A DNA stretch of 64,000 bases from Minisyncoccota bacterium (GTDB taxonomy: Bacteria; Patescibacteriota; Minisyncoccia; Phycocordibacterales; UBA2100). A program made the position numbers and the translations under genes. This document shows positions 47,412 to 55,750 of the stretch, piece after piece (position 1 is the stretch's first letter; each line of letters begins with the position of its first letter). The notes beneath the pieces are model-generated. The model was not told where the DNA came from. It did no database searches and saw only the letters and a program-made list of their open reading frames with translations. The DNA lies in the NCBI GenBank assembly GCA_035500505.1, contig DATJXE010000005.1, positions 318-64,317 on the forward strand, in the 5' to 3' direction.

Positions 47412-48554
47412 ATGCTAACCTTCCGGCGCATCTTGCTTGTCGGCATAGCCCTGCTTTCGTTCGCGCCTTTCCTCGCGAACGCACAGGCCACCGTCACCCC
47501 CGACACGCAGACCATCGAGAAGGCCCAGGTTACGGGAGTCTCGGATGAACAAACGCAAATACTGCCCGGCACCGACACGCCGGCACAAACGCAAACCCTC
47601 ACGGCTCTCATTTTGGATGGTCCCGACGCAGGACAATCCGTCACGTTCGAGAACGATTACGTGCAGCTCAATGTCGGCGACGTGTTCTATGCGATGCACA
47701 CGACGAATCCGTTGGATGGGACCGATCACTGGACGGTTTCTGACCCATATCGACTGAATGCACTTCTTGTCCTCGCGGCGATCTTCCTGATCCTCGTTAT
47801 CGTGTTCGGCGGACTGCAGGGTCTTCGTGGCCTCGCCTCGCTCGTCGGCAGCATCATTCTCATCTTTTTTGTGCTGGTTCCCGGCATCTTGCACGGCTAC
47901 TCCCCCATTCTCGTTTCGATCGGCATCTCATCACTCATCATCATCGTCGGGTCCTATGTCACGCACGGGTTCAATCGAACAACGAGTGCCGCGGTCCTGG
48001 GCATGATAGCGACCGTCCTCGTAACCGGCGCGGGTGCGTACTATGCGGTGCATGCTGCGCACTTGACGGGGTTTTCGACCGAAGAAGAGGTGTACCTGAA
48101 CTTCGATACGCATGGCACGATAGACATGCTAGGGCTTCTCTTCGGCGGCATTATGATAGGGCTCCTCGGCGTCCTGTATGACATCGCGATCGGTCAGGCG
48201 ATCGCCGTCGAAGAGCTCTTTCGCGCCGGCGTACAGATGACGAAGCTGCAGGTCTATTCGCGTGCGATCAGGATCGGTCGCGAACACATCGGCGCTCTGG
48301 TGAACACGCTTGCGATAGCCTATGTCGGCGCGGCTCTTCCGCTCCTCCTCCTTGTGCAGGAAGGTTCGGGTTACGGACTCGTGTATTCCGTGAACAGTGA
48401 ACTTTTTGCGACCGAGATCGTCCGCATTCTTATCGGTTCCATCGGGCTCATCTTGGGCGTACCGGTAACGACCTTCATCGCCTCGTACATGCTGTATGGA
48501 CGTATACGGGCCGGGGAGCCAAGCTCGCATAGGGGTCATTCTCACTCGCACTAA
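47412..48554 (+). CDS. polytopic membrane protein with an N-terminal extracytoplasmic domain, possibly YibE/F-like
   Basis: ATG at 47412 sits 10 nt after a perfect TATAAT. Signal peptide, about 90-aa soluble domain, then about 8 TM helices and a His-rich C-terminus. Confidence 0.55.
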   Translation: MLTFRRILLVGIALLSFAPFLANAQATVTPDTQTIEKAQVTGVSDEQTQILPGTDTPAQTQTLTALILDGPDAGQSVTFENDYVQLNVGDVFYAMHTTNPLDGTDHWTVSDPYRLNALLVLAAIFLILVIVFGGLQGLRGLASLVGSIILIFFVLVPGILHGYSPILVSIGISSLIIIVGSYVTHGFNRTTSAAVLGMIATVLVTGAGAYYAVHAAHLTGFSTEEEVYLNFDTHGTIDMLGLLFGGIMIGLLGVLYDIAIGQAIAVEELFRAGVQMTKLQVYSRAIRIGREHIGALVNTLAIAYVGAALPLLLLVQEGSGYGLVYSVNSELFATEIVRILIGSIGLILGVPVTTFIASYMLYGRIRAGEPSSHRGHSHSH

Positions 48555-49375
48555 CGTGTCACGAGACGGGCAAATCCGTAGAGTGCGAACGTGATGGCAG
48601 TGATGAAAAAACTGACCGGATACGGAAGGTAGAACGAAATGAAAAGCCCGGCCCATGTCGCGAGAAGCGCGATGAGAACGGAGATGAGCATTCCACTGAA
48701 AGGCCGGCGCGCAAGGCGTGAAGCGATCGCCGCCGGGGTTACCATGAGGGCGAAAATAAGCAGGACCCCCACGACTTGCACGGCTATGGAGGTCGCCGCC
48801 GCGATGAGAAGCATGAAAACTACTCCAACTCCAAAGACCGGTACCCCTTTCGCTTCCGCGACATCTTCATCGAGCGACGAAAAGAGAAGCGGTCGATAGA
48901 GTATCAAGAAGACGACGAGTACGAGGATAGCGGTGATCAACGTCACCCAAACATTCGCAACGCTGATACCGAGTATCTCACCGAAGAGGATCGAATACGC
49001 CTCCGTTGCGTAGCCGCCCCGATAGAGACTGATGAAAAGGACGCCCAAGCCGAGCATGAACGCGAGCACGACGCCTATTTGCACGTCACGGTTCGCGGCA
49101 CGCTTACCAAGCGCGGCCATCAAGAGGGCGCCGGCCATCGTGAAAACGAACAATCCTATTATTGGGTTGAAGCCGAAAAGGACCGCTCCTGCGGCGCCAG
49201 TAAAGCCGGCGTGAGAGAGTCCGTGCGCGGCGAACGACGAGCGTCGCAATACCACGAAATATCCGATGACGCCGGCGATGATGGCGACGATGGTCCCCGC
49301 TTCGAACGCGTGTTGCATGAAATCGTATTGCCACATCGCGACAAAGTCACTCACCAGGTTCCAACTAAAATTATT
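48551..49375 (-). CDS. znuB: metal (Zn/Mn) ABC transporter permease, ABC-3 family
   Basis: Trimmed to MNNFSWNL. About 8 TM helices. Operon with an ATPase and an SBP. Confidence 0.8.
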   Translation of the reverse strand, partial: NNFSWNLVSDFVAMWQYDFMQHAFEAGTIVAIIAGVIGYFVVLRRSSFAAHGLSHAGFTGAAGAVLFGFNPIIGLFVFTMAGALLMAALGKRAANRDVQIGVVLAFMLGLGVLFISLYRGGYATEAYSILFGEILGISVANVWVTLITAILVLVVFLILYRPLLFSSLDEDVAEAKGVPVFGVGVVFMLLIAAATSIAVQVVGVLLIFALMVTPAAIASRLARRPFSGMLISVLIALLATWAGLFISFYLPYPVSFFITAITFALYGFARLVTR

Positions 49376-50174
49376 CATGAGCGTGATGGTGTGTGCCTTC
49401 TTCGGCGCCGACGATGGCGATACGACCACGCGAATCGCGCAGGACTTCGACCGGAGCGTCGTAGAGCTTCGAAAGCGATGCGGAGTTCAACACCTCGCCC
49501 GGCTGCCCTGTGGCGATCCGGCCGTTGGCGACATACATAACGCGATCAAGAGCTGGCAGGAGCGGATTGATGTTATGGGCTATCAAGAGCACGGTTACGC
49601 GCCGCGAATCCACGATACTTTTGATGAGCTGCACCATCTCGCCCTCGCGCCGGATATCAAGGTTTGCCAGAGGTTCATCCAGTAAAAGTAATTCCGGATT
49701 GCCGGCGAGCGCCTGCGCCAAGAACACTCGCTGCAGTTCCCCTCCCGAAAGTTGCCCGAGCGGCCGGTGTGCCAGCCCCTCCGCACCAACCTCACGTAAC
49801 GCCTTGACTGCCTCGATGCGCTCACGCTGTGCCTGTGCAGGAGAATCGAATCCCCATTGTCCCGGACATGCGCCAAGCCGCACGATCTCGAGCGCTTCTA
49901 TTAATATTTCCGGGTCGACGGTGTGACGCTGAGGCACGTACCCTATCCGCACATTTCCCCGCTCCGGCTCTTTTCCGAATACGGAGATCGATCCTTCTGT
50001 GGGTTTCGAAAGGCCGAGTAAGAGCCTGAAAAGCGTCGTTTTTCCCGCGCCGTTTGGGCCCAAAACGGCGACGAACTCTCCTTTGCCGATGGAGAATGTC
50101 GCGCCGCTCCAAACGAGCGAGCCGCCGTAGCCGGCGGCCGCTCCCTTTGCTTCTACGATCGGCTCTCCCACCAT
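49371..50174 (-). CDS. znuC: metal ABC transporter ATP-binding protein
   Basis: ATG at 50174 gives MVGEPIVEAKG. Walker A GPNGAGKTT, LSGGE signature and Walker B LLLLDEP. Confidence 0.85.
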   Translation of the reverse strand: MVGEPIVEAKGAAAGYGGSLVWSGATFSIGKGEFVAVLGPNGAGKTTLFRLLLGLSKPTEGSISVFGKEPERGNVRIGYVPQRHTVDPEILIEALEIVRLGACPGQWGFDSPAQAQRERIEAVKALREVGAEGLAHRPLGQLSGGELQRVFLAQALAGNPELLLLDEPLANLDIRREGEMVQLIKSIVDSRRVTVLLIAHNINPLLPALDRVMYVANGRIATGQPGEVLNSASLSKLYDAPVEVLRDSRGRIAIVGAEEGTHHHAHE

Positions 50175-50185
50175 GTCCGTATATT

Positions 50186-51106
50186 CTAACGCGTTTGTGC
50201 GAGGGCTTGTTGAAGTGCATTCACCTGTGCCCCCATCCAATCCTGGAATTTCGCATCCGGCGGCGAAACGGTCTCCGTCATGCCGACTATCGGTATGTTC
50301 TTGCTCTGTGCCAATTGCTTGAGCGAATCGGTCAGCGGAGTCACCGTCTGCTCGTTGTACAGAAGCACTTTCACCTGGCCGCTCTTGAGCTGGTCTTGGA
50401 AGGTTGCCACGGTCGAAGCAGGCGGGTCGTTGCCGTCGCCGACCGCCTGAATGAAGGCCGGTGGGGTGACGAGATCCAGCCCGGTTGCGTCCGTAAGGTA
50501 GACGAATATGTCTTCCGTCGCAGCAACTTTTACTCCGGCATAATTCTGCTTGATGGACGCGATGGTGTTCTGGTAGCCGGCGAGCGATTGCTGGAGCGTC
50601 GCGTAGTTGGCGCGATAGTCGCTTGCATGCGCGGGGTCGAGCGTTATCAGGTCTTGCTCTATCTGCGCTATCGCTTGATTGACGTAGGCAGGTTGGTACC
50701 ACAAGTGCGGATTGTCTCCGTCTTTTTTCCCGACGAGATCTGCGATCTTCAAAACCTTTATGTTTGGGTTGTCGCTTGAAGCTATCAATTTATCCAACCA
50801 GGTGTCGTAACCGACACCGTTCTCGATAACGTAACCGGCATCTGCGACCGCTTTGGCATCGTCGGACGTCGCTTCGTAATCGTGCGGATCGGCGTTCGGG
50901 TCCGTAACGATGGTCGTGACGGAGATATCCGAGCCTCCTATCTGCGAAACCAGGCTCCCCCAAAAGTTTTCTCCTGCGACGACCTGCAGTTTGCCACTCG
51001 AGGTTTGAGCAGGAATGGTGCTCTTATTCGACTCGACGAGAATGACACCCACGATGGCGATGATAATGACCGCGATAACTATCCAGAGTACTTTCTTTGT
51101 ATACAT
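50186..51106 (-). CDS. znuA: metal ABC transporter substrate-binding protein (ZnuA/TroA-like)
   Basis: Signal/TM and a cluster-9 SBP fold with a DPH motif region (DPNADPHDY..DNPHLW). Confidence 0.8.
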   Translation of the reverse strand: MYTKKVLWIVIAVIIIAIVGVILVESNKSTIPAQTSSGKLQVVAGENFWGSLVSQIGGSDISVTTIVTDPNADPHDYEATSDDAKAVADAGYVIENGVGYDTWLDKLIASSDNPNIKVLKIADLVGKKDGDNPHLWYQPAYVNQAIAQIEQDLITLDPAHASDYRANYATLQQSLAGYQNTIASIKQNYAGVKVAATEDIFVYLTDATGLDLVTPPAFIQAVGDGNDPPASTVATFQDQLKSGQVKVLLYNEQTVTPLTDSLKQLAQSKNIPIVGMTETVSPPDAKFQDWMGAQVNALQQALAQTR

Positions 51107-51127
51107 ACTTTTACTTCTAATTAATAA

Positions 51128-51544
51128 TTACCTCGCACACGTATTGCACAGGCCGTACAGATCGAATGCGTGGCCCGTGATCTTCTTGAAAGCCTTCGAT
51201 CTTGCGAGAACCTGTTTTTCTACTCGCTCGTGCGTATGTTCGGTAAAGTCCTCGACGCGGCCGCAATCAGTACAGACGATGTGATGATGGTCGTGTTCGT
51301 CCTCGAGCTCGTAGCGCGGATGGTCACCGCGCAGGTTCACCTCGCGGACAACCCCCGCTTTTTTGAAGGCGTCCATCATGCGGTAGACCGTCACTGGATC
51401 GATGGATTTTCTAAGTCCCTCGACTACTTCTTGGATGAGGAGCGGGCGCGTCGTCTTTGCGAGAAAGGAGTGGAGCGCAATGCGTTGTCGGGTCGCCCGA
51501 AATCCCGCGCGGCGCAGTGCTTCTGCTACGTGTTCGTTTTTCAT
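51128..51544 (-). CDS. zur: Fur-family metalloregulator, likely Zur
   Basis: The HHHIVCTDCGRV...CNTC metal sites are typical of Fur/Zur. It heads the znuACB operon. Confidence 0.75.
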   Translation of the reverse strand: MKNEHVAEALRRAGFRATRQRIALHSFLAKTTRPLLIQEVVEGLRKSIDPVTVYRMMDAFKKAGVVREVNLRGDHPRYELEDEHDHHHIVCTDCGRVEDFTEHTHERVEKQVLARSKAFKKITGHAFDLYGLCNTCAR

Positions 51545-51563
51545 ACGCCCATACTAATCCACA

Positions 51564-51632
51564 TGCAAATCTTTTGCAAGTACTTGACAGTGGACAAGGA
51601 GTGCGTACGATTGCTCATGCAACTCAATTGCA
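51564..51632. promoter_or_regulatory. divergent promoter region with two 15-bp TGCAA..TTGCA palindromes flanking a TTGACA-16-TACGAT promoter
   Basis: Box 1 TGCAAATCTTTTGCA lies at 51564..51578. The -35 TTGACA is at 51584..51589 and the -10 TACGAT at 51606..51611. Box 2 TGCAACTCAATTGCA is at 51618..51632. Confidence 0.4.
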
Positions 51633-51640
51633 ACAAAAAT

Positions 51641-53050
51641 ATGTACTCCCTCATGGTACGCGCAAACATCTTTGGTGCCGTCGTCTGCACAATCCTGTGC
51701 GTGAGCCCTTCGCTCGTCTTCGCGTCTTCCACCCCCTGCCCCTTCGTATGGCCCCGGAACATGGGCCTTGGAAGCACTGGGGCCGACGTACTGAAGTTAC
51801 AGCAGTTCTTGAATCTCGATGGCGAGAGCATAGCTCCATCCGGGCCGGGCTCGTCGGGAGAAGAGACCGACATATACGGAACGCTGACGGCAAAGGCGGT
51901 CTCTTCGTTCCAAATGAAATATGCTTCGCAGGTACTTACCCCGGCAGGCCTCTCTTCCGGTTCAGGCTTCTTCGGAACACGTACTCGGGCGCAGGCCGAT
52001 CAACTTTGTATTTCTCTCTCTGCCTCCCCTTCCGCAAGCGCCGCAGCAGAGAGCCAACCAATTTTGACGGTAACCGCCGCCGGGCAGCCTTCGCCGACCC
52101 TCGCACCTGCAGGCGCCGGCGGCGTACCGTTCACTTCTTTCACGCTTACTGCGGGCGGTTCTGATGAGACCGTGAACAGCGTTACCGTTGAGCGCACGGG
52201 CCCCGGAGAGGACGGGGCTTTCTCGGATGTTGCGCTGAACGATGAGAATGGCGACGCGATCGGTGACACAAAGACCTTCAATGCAGCTCACAAGGTCGTA
52301 TTCGATCAACCCTTCACTATTCCCGCGAACACGTCGGAAACATTCACTGTGACCGGGGACATGGCCGGGGATCTTTCGGCATTTGACGGCGAGATGCCGA
52401 TACTGCAGGTGGATGCTATCGCCGCGTCCGTGCCGGTTTCCGGTTCTTTGCCCATTCAAGGAACCCCGCAAACTCTGAATAATTCGCTTGTCATCGGCGG
52501 AGCACTAGCGTCCCTCTCCCCCTACGACCCAAACGGGCCGACGAATCGTTATATAGGTGACAAGGGAATTATATTTTCCGGCATCCGTGTCACGGCGAAT
52601 TCAACGGAGGACCTGACGCTCTCATCCATTGCATGGGACCAAGCAGGTTCTGCGGGACCTCAAGACATCGCGAACGTCTCCACCATCGTGAACGGTGTTT
52701 CATATCCCACTGAACAGGACGGCCATTCCTACACATCCACATTCACCCCTGGGATCGTTATTCCAAAAGGTCAAACTGTCGACGTCTACATCCGTGGAGA
52801 TCTGGCTTCCACAGGCGCGAATCGCACCGTTGAATTCGACATCGACGATTCGGGCGACATCGCACTTACGGGCAATGCGTACGGTTTCGGAGTCGGCATT
52901 TCACCGGAAGGCGACACGGCCGAAAACGGGAATTCGGTATTTCTCACGAGCGACGGCACGCCGCAAGGCGACGAGGGCCCATCATTCTTCGCAGGCTCCG
53001 TAGCGACCATCAACCCCGGCACACTAATTTCCGTCGGGAACGCACAATAA
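51641..53050 (+). CDS. secreted protein with an N-terminal peptidoglycan-binding (PG_binding_1-like) domain
   Basis: The ORF was trimmed to the Met after the promoter. Signal peptide, then GSTGADVLKLQQFLN...YGTLTAKAVSSFQ (PG-binding repeat), then a roughly 330-aa G/S/T-rich domain. Confidence 0.65.
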   Translation: MYSLMVRANIFGAVVCTILCVSPSLVFASSTPCPFVWPRNMGLGSTGADVLKLQQFLNLDGESIAPSGPGSSGEETDIYGTLTAKAVSSFQMKYASQVLTPAGLSSGSGFFGTRTRAQADQLCISLSASPSASAAAESQPILTVTAAGQPSPTLAPAGAGGVPFTSFTLTAGGSDETVNSVTVERTGPGEDGAFSDVALNDENGDAIGDTKTFNAAHKVVFDQPFTIPANTSETFTVTGDMAGDLSAFDGEMPILQVDAIAASVPVSGSLPIQGTPQTLNNSLVIGGALASLSPYDPNGPTNRYIGDKGIIFSGIRVTANSTEDLTLSSIAWDQAGSAGPQDIANVSTIVNGVSYPTEQDGHSYTSTFTPGIVIPKGQTVDVYIRGDLASTGANRTVEFDIDDSGDIALTGNAYGFGVGISPEGDTAENGNSVFLTSDGTPQGDEGPSFFAGSVATINPGTLISVGNAQ

Positions 53051-53062
53051 GTTTCTCCACAT

Positions 53063-53088
53063 ATATCAAAAAACGGTTTTTTTGATAT
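53063..53088. terminator. AT-rich palindromic hairpin
   Basis: ATATCAAAAAAC-G-GTTTTTTTGATAT sits 13 nt after the stop at 53050. Confidence 0.4.
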
Positions 53089-53100
53089 AGTTCGCGCCTA

Positions 53101-53130
53101 CGGGCCGTAGTATACCGGTAGTACGTGCGC
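53101..53130 (+). repeat. tandem duplicate of the 5' 30 nt of tRNA-Pro(CGG), a pseudo-tRNA fragment
   Basis: cgggccgtagtataccggtagtacgtgcgc is identical to 53152..53181. It is followed by 21 unrelated nt and does not fold into a tRNA. Confidence 0.75.
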
Positions 53131-53151
53131 CGTCGGATGGGGATGTTTTGC

Positions 53152-53222
53152 CGGGCCGTAGTATACCGGTAGTACGTGCGCTTCGGGTGCGTAAAGACCG
53201 GGTTCGATTCCCGGCGGCCCGA
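53152..53222 (+). tRNA. tRNA-Pro (anticodon CGG)
   Basis: Acceptor CGGGCCG/CGGCCCG. D-stem GUAU/GUAC. Anticodon stem UGCGC/GCGUA with loop UUCGGGU (G37). T-arm CCGGG-UUCGAUU-CCCGG. Discriminator A. Confidence 0.8.
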
Positions 53223-53302
53223 CAAAACATTCTCATCCGAAAGAATAATGTGCGGTCGCTCCGCGGAGCGGTGCGACGTTGCCGGTCGTATTGCGGAAGA
53301 GA

Positions 53303-53373
53303 CGGGATGTCGTATAGTGGTAGTACGCAAGCATGGGGTGCTTGTAGCCCGAGTTCGATTCTCGGCATCCCGA
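53303..53373 (+). tRNA. tRNA-Pro (anticodon GGG)
   Basis: Acceptor CGGGAUG/CAUCCCG. Same D-arm as the neighbouring tRNA. Anticodon stem CAAGC/GCUUG with loop AUGGGGU. T-arm CCGAG-UUCGAUU-CUCGG. Confidence 0.8.
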
Positions 53374-53437
53374 CAATCCGGAGTTGCTGTAAGGCGGAAA
53401 CCGAGACCCGAAAGGGCCAGGCGTCCGACTTGCGGCC

Positions 53438-53905
53438 ATGAAAAATATATTGCGCTACCCGTTGGCGTTCATCGTCGTCTTCATCGCGGCGGCGCTCGGT
53501 TCGTTTTTTACGTCTTCGGAAATATCCACGTGGTACGCCACGCTCATCAAACCGGATTTCACTCCGCCGAATTGGATCTTCGCTCCCGTCTGGTTCATTT
53601 TATACGTGCTTATGGCGATAGCGCTCGCGCGCATATGGGGACTGGAGCGGAGCGCGGAGCGTAAACGATGGATATGCACGTTCGTCGCGCAGCTGGGATT
53701 CAACGTCCTCTGGTCGTTCCTCTTCTTTTCCTTCCACGGCCTCCTAACGTCCGCCATCGACATCGTTGTTCTATGGTTCGCGGTCGTCATCCTTACGCTG
53801 AATTCGTGGGAACTCGACCATCCGAGTTTTTGGCTCCTCCTCCCCTATGCCGCGTGGGTCACGTTCGCGATGATACTCAACATCGCGCTGTGGTGGATAA
53901 ACTGA
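53438..53905 (+). CDS. tspO: TspO/MBR (tryptophan-rich sensory protein) family
   Basis: 155 aa with 5 TM helices. The PPNWIFAPVWFILYVLMAIA and WSFLFF motifs are typical. Confidence 0.8.
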   Translation: MKNILRYPLAFIVVFIAAALGSFFTSSEISTWYATLIKPDFTPPNWIFAPVWFILYVLMAIALARIWGLERSAERKRWICTFVAQLGFNVLWSFLFFSFHGLLTSAIDIVVLWFAVVILTLNSWELDHPSFWLLLPYAAWVTFAMILNIALWWIN

Positions 53906-53940
53906 AGAAGGAGGCGCGTTGGCGGCTATACTGAAGGATA

Positions 53941-55053
53941 ATGGTTCGATACCTGCTCGCGGGCGTGTTGACGCTATCGTTTTTTCTCTCTGCGGGCCTC
54001 GCGTATGCCGATGCGAGCCTCAACGATGTGTTCACAGAGCTTGAGCAACTATACGGGCTCCCCTCGGGCATTCTTGGAAAGATTGCGAATGTAGAGAGTG
54101 GCGGGAACGCGACACTCGGGAGTAATTCGAGCAGCGCATATGGAATGTTCCAGTGGACCGCGGCTTCGTGGTACAGCATAACGAAAGTCGCCTACGGCAC
54201 ATCGCTGGACCTCGCGCAGCGCGCCAACCCCGTAACGTCCGCCAAGATGACGGCAATTTCGCTTAAGCAAGCGGAAAACCAGAACGCCTCTCTAATCAAT
54301 CAAGCAAATATCGATCTGACCGTGGGTTTATACCTTTGCCACTTCCTCGGCGCGGGTGGCTGCAATAAATTCTTCCAGTTGTATATCCAGAATCCCAATC
54401 AATCCGCATCTGCCGCGTTCCCTAGAGAAGCGGCGGCAAACCCAACTGTACTGAACGGACGAACACTGGCAGGGGTAGTAAATTATTACTCTCAGAAATT
54501 GAATGGAATTGGAAGTGCAGTAAACGTTGCCGGGAATTTCGCTGATGCGAATGGCATCTCGCTTGCCTACAGCGACGCCGATGTCTCCCCCTCAAGTTTC
54601 ATGTCCTCGAGTTTCGTCCCACCCACACAAGATCCATATCATACGTACCAAACGAATTATTCCGCGTTGCAGCAGACGCAATCGCTCACCCCCTTCACGC
54701 AGTTGAGTCAGCCGCAGCTTACGCCCCAAATAGCGAACATCGGACAACCGGTTCCGGCGGCAGCCAATAACGGCAATACTTCCCAGAGTTCTGGCCCGGT
54801 ACCACCCGCCGCGCTCATTATCGCGCAACCATCGAGCGTGCCGCGCGGGTATAATCTCGTCGTCTCGTGGGCCACGACCGGCATGAGTTCGTGCCAAGTC
54901 TCGCAGCAGGGCGTGCAGATCTCCTTTGCAACGTCGAGTTCGCGGAGCGTGAAGACTTCCTCTATTCAATCCGGAACGGTCACCTTTGTTCTTTCGTGCA
55001 TCGCGCAGTCGGGACAATCCGTTCAACAATCGGCCTCTGCAAGTGTTTTTTAA
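53941..55053 (+). CDS. secreted protein with an N-terminal lytic-transglycosylase (SLT/lysozyme-like) domain and an S/Q-rich tail
   Basis: Signal peptide. GILGKIANVESGGN...AYGMFQW resembles the SLT catalytic Glu-Ser and GLMQ motifs. Confidence 0.5.
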   Translation: MVRYLLAGVLTLSFFLSAGLAYADASLNDVFTELEQLYGLPSGILGKIANVESGGNATLGSNSSSAYGMFQWTAASWYSITKVAYGTSLDLAQRANPVTSAKMTAISLKQAENQNASLINQANIDLTVGLYLCHFLGAGGCNKFFQLYIQNPNQSASAAFPREAAANPTVLNGRTLAGVVNYYSQKLNGIGSAVNVAGNFADANGISLAYSDADVSPSSFMSSSFVPPTQDPYHTYQTNYSALQQTQSLTPFTQLSQPQLTPQIANIGQPVPAAANNGNTSQSSGPVPPAALIIAQPSSVPRGYNLVVSWATTGMSSCQVSQQGVQISFATSSSRSVKTSSIQSGTVTFVLSCIAQSGQSVQQSASASVF

Positions 55054-55083
55054 ACAAAAAGAAAAGTTATATCATCTCTTTTT

Positions 55084-55154
55084 TGGACCTGAGGGGAATC
55101 GAACCCCTGCCTCCGCAATGCGAATGCGGCGTTTTACCACTGAACTACAGGCCC
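55084..55154 (-). tRNA. tRNA-Ala (anticodon CGC)
   Basis: The reverse complement folds as acceptor GGGCCUG/CAGGUCC with the G3:U70 Ala identity pair. Anticodon stem CCGCA/UGCGG with loop UUCGCAU. T-arm AGGGG-UUCGAUU-CCCCU. Confidence 0.85.
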
Positions 55155-55199
55155 GTTTAATGCGTGTAAAGAATATACCAAGCGATACGGAGCGTCTAC

Positions 55200-55670
55200 C
55201 TATTTAATGTTCACAATTTTGTACTTCTGCGCACCTTTGGGAGTTTCAAACGAGAACGTGTCCCCTTTCTTTTTATCCATCAAGGCACTGCCGAGCGGCG
55301 AGAGGTGCGATATCTTGTGTTCCTGCATGTTCGCTTCCGCCGAGCCGACGATCTCGTATTTGTGTTCTTCCTTCTCGCCTTGCTTCTGGATGGTCACGAC
55401 GGAGCCGAGCGAGACGACGGAGCCGCCCCTGCCGTGTTCGATAATACGGGCGTGGGAGAGCTGCTCCTCGATGTTGCGGATGCGGTCTTCGGTCGCGGCC
55501 TGAAGGTTGCGAGCTTCTTCATATTCGGCGTTCTCGGAGAGGTCGCCCAAAGAGCGCGCGTATTCAAGCTGTTCGGCGATCTCACGCCGGCGCACGGTCT
55601 TGAGCTGCTCAAGTTCTGCGGTAAGCTCGTCGAATTTTTCCTTGCTCAAGTAGTTCGTTTCGTCGTTCAT
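55200..55670 (-). CDS. greA: transcription elongation factor GreA
   Basis: N-terminal coiled coil (REIAEQLEYARSLGDLSENAEYEEAR) and a C-terminal FKBP-like domain. Confidence 0.85.
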   Translation of the reverse strand: MNDETNYLSKEKFDELTAELEQLKTVRRREIAEQLEYARSLGDLSENAEYEEARNLQAATEDRIRNIEEQLSHARIIEHGRGGSVVSLGSVVTIQKQGEKEEHKYEIVGSAEANMQEHKISHLSPLGSALMDKKKGDTFSFETPKGAQKYKIVNIK

Positions 55671-55750
55671 ATTCGATGCGGAAGCATTATACAAGATTTG
55701 CCGCGCGCAACAACACCTGCAAGAGCGTCATTGTAGAGTTGCCCCTTGTT

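Noticed and set aside
51170-51640. N-terminal extension of ORF 51170..53050
   Set aside because: The 5' 470 nt overlap zur on the opposite strand and contain the promoter and operator elements. The real start is the Met at 51641 after the -10 element.
53066-53441. ORFs 53066..53368(-), 53148..53441(+) and 53233..53439(-)
   Set aside because: They lie across the two tRNA-Pro genes and the tRNA-fragment repeat. tRNA cloverleafs explain the sequence.
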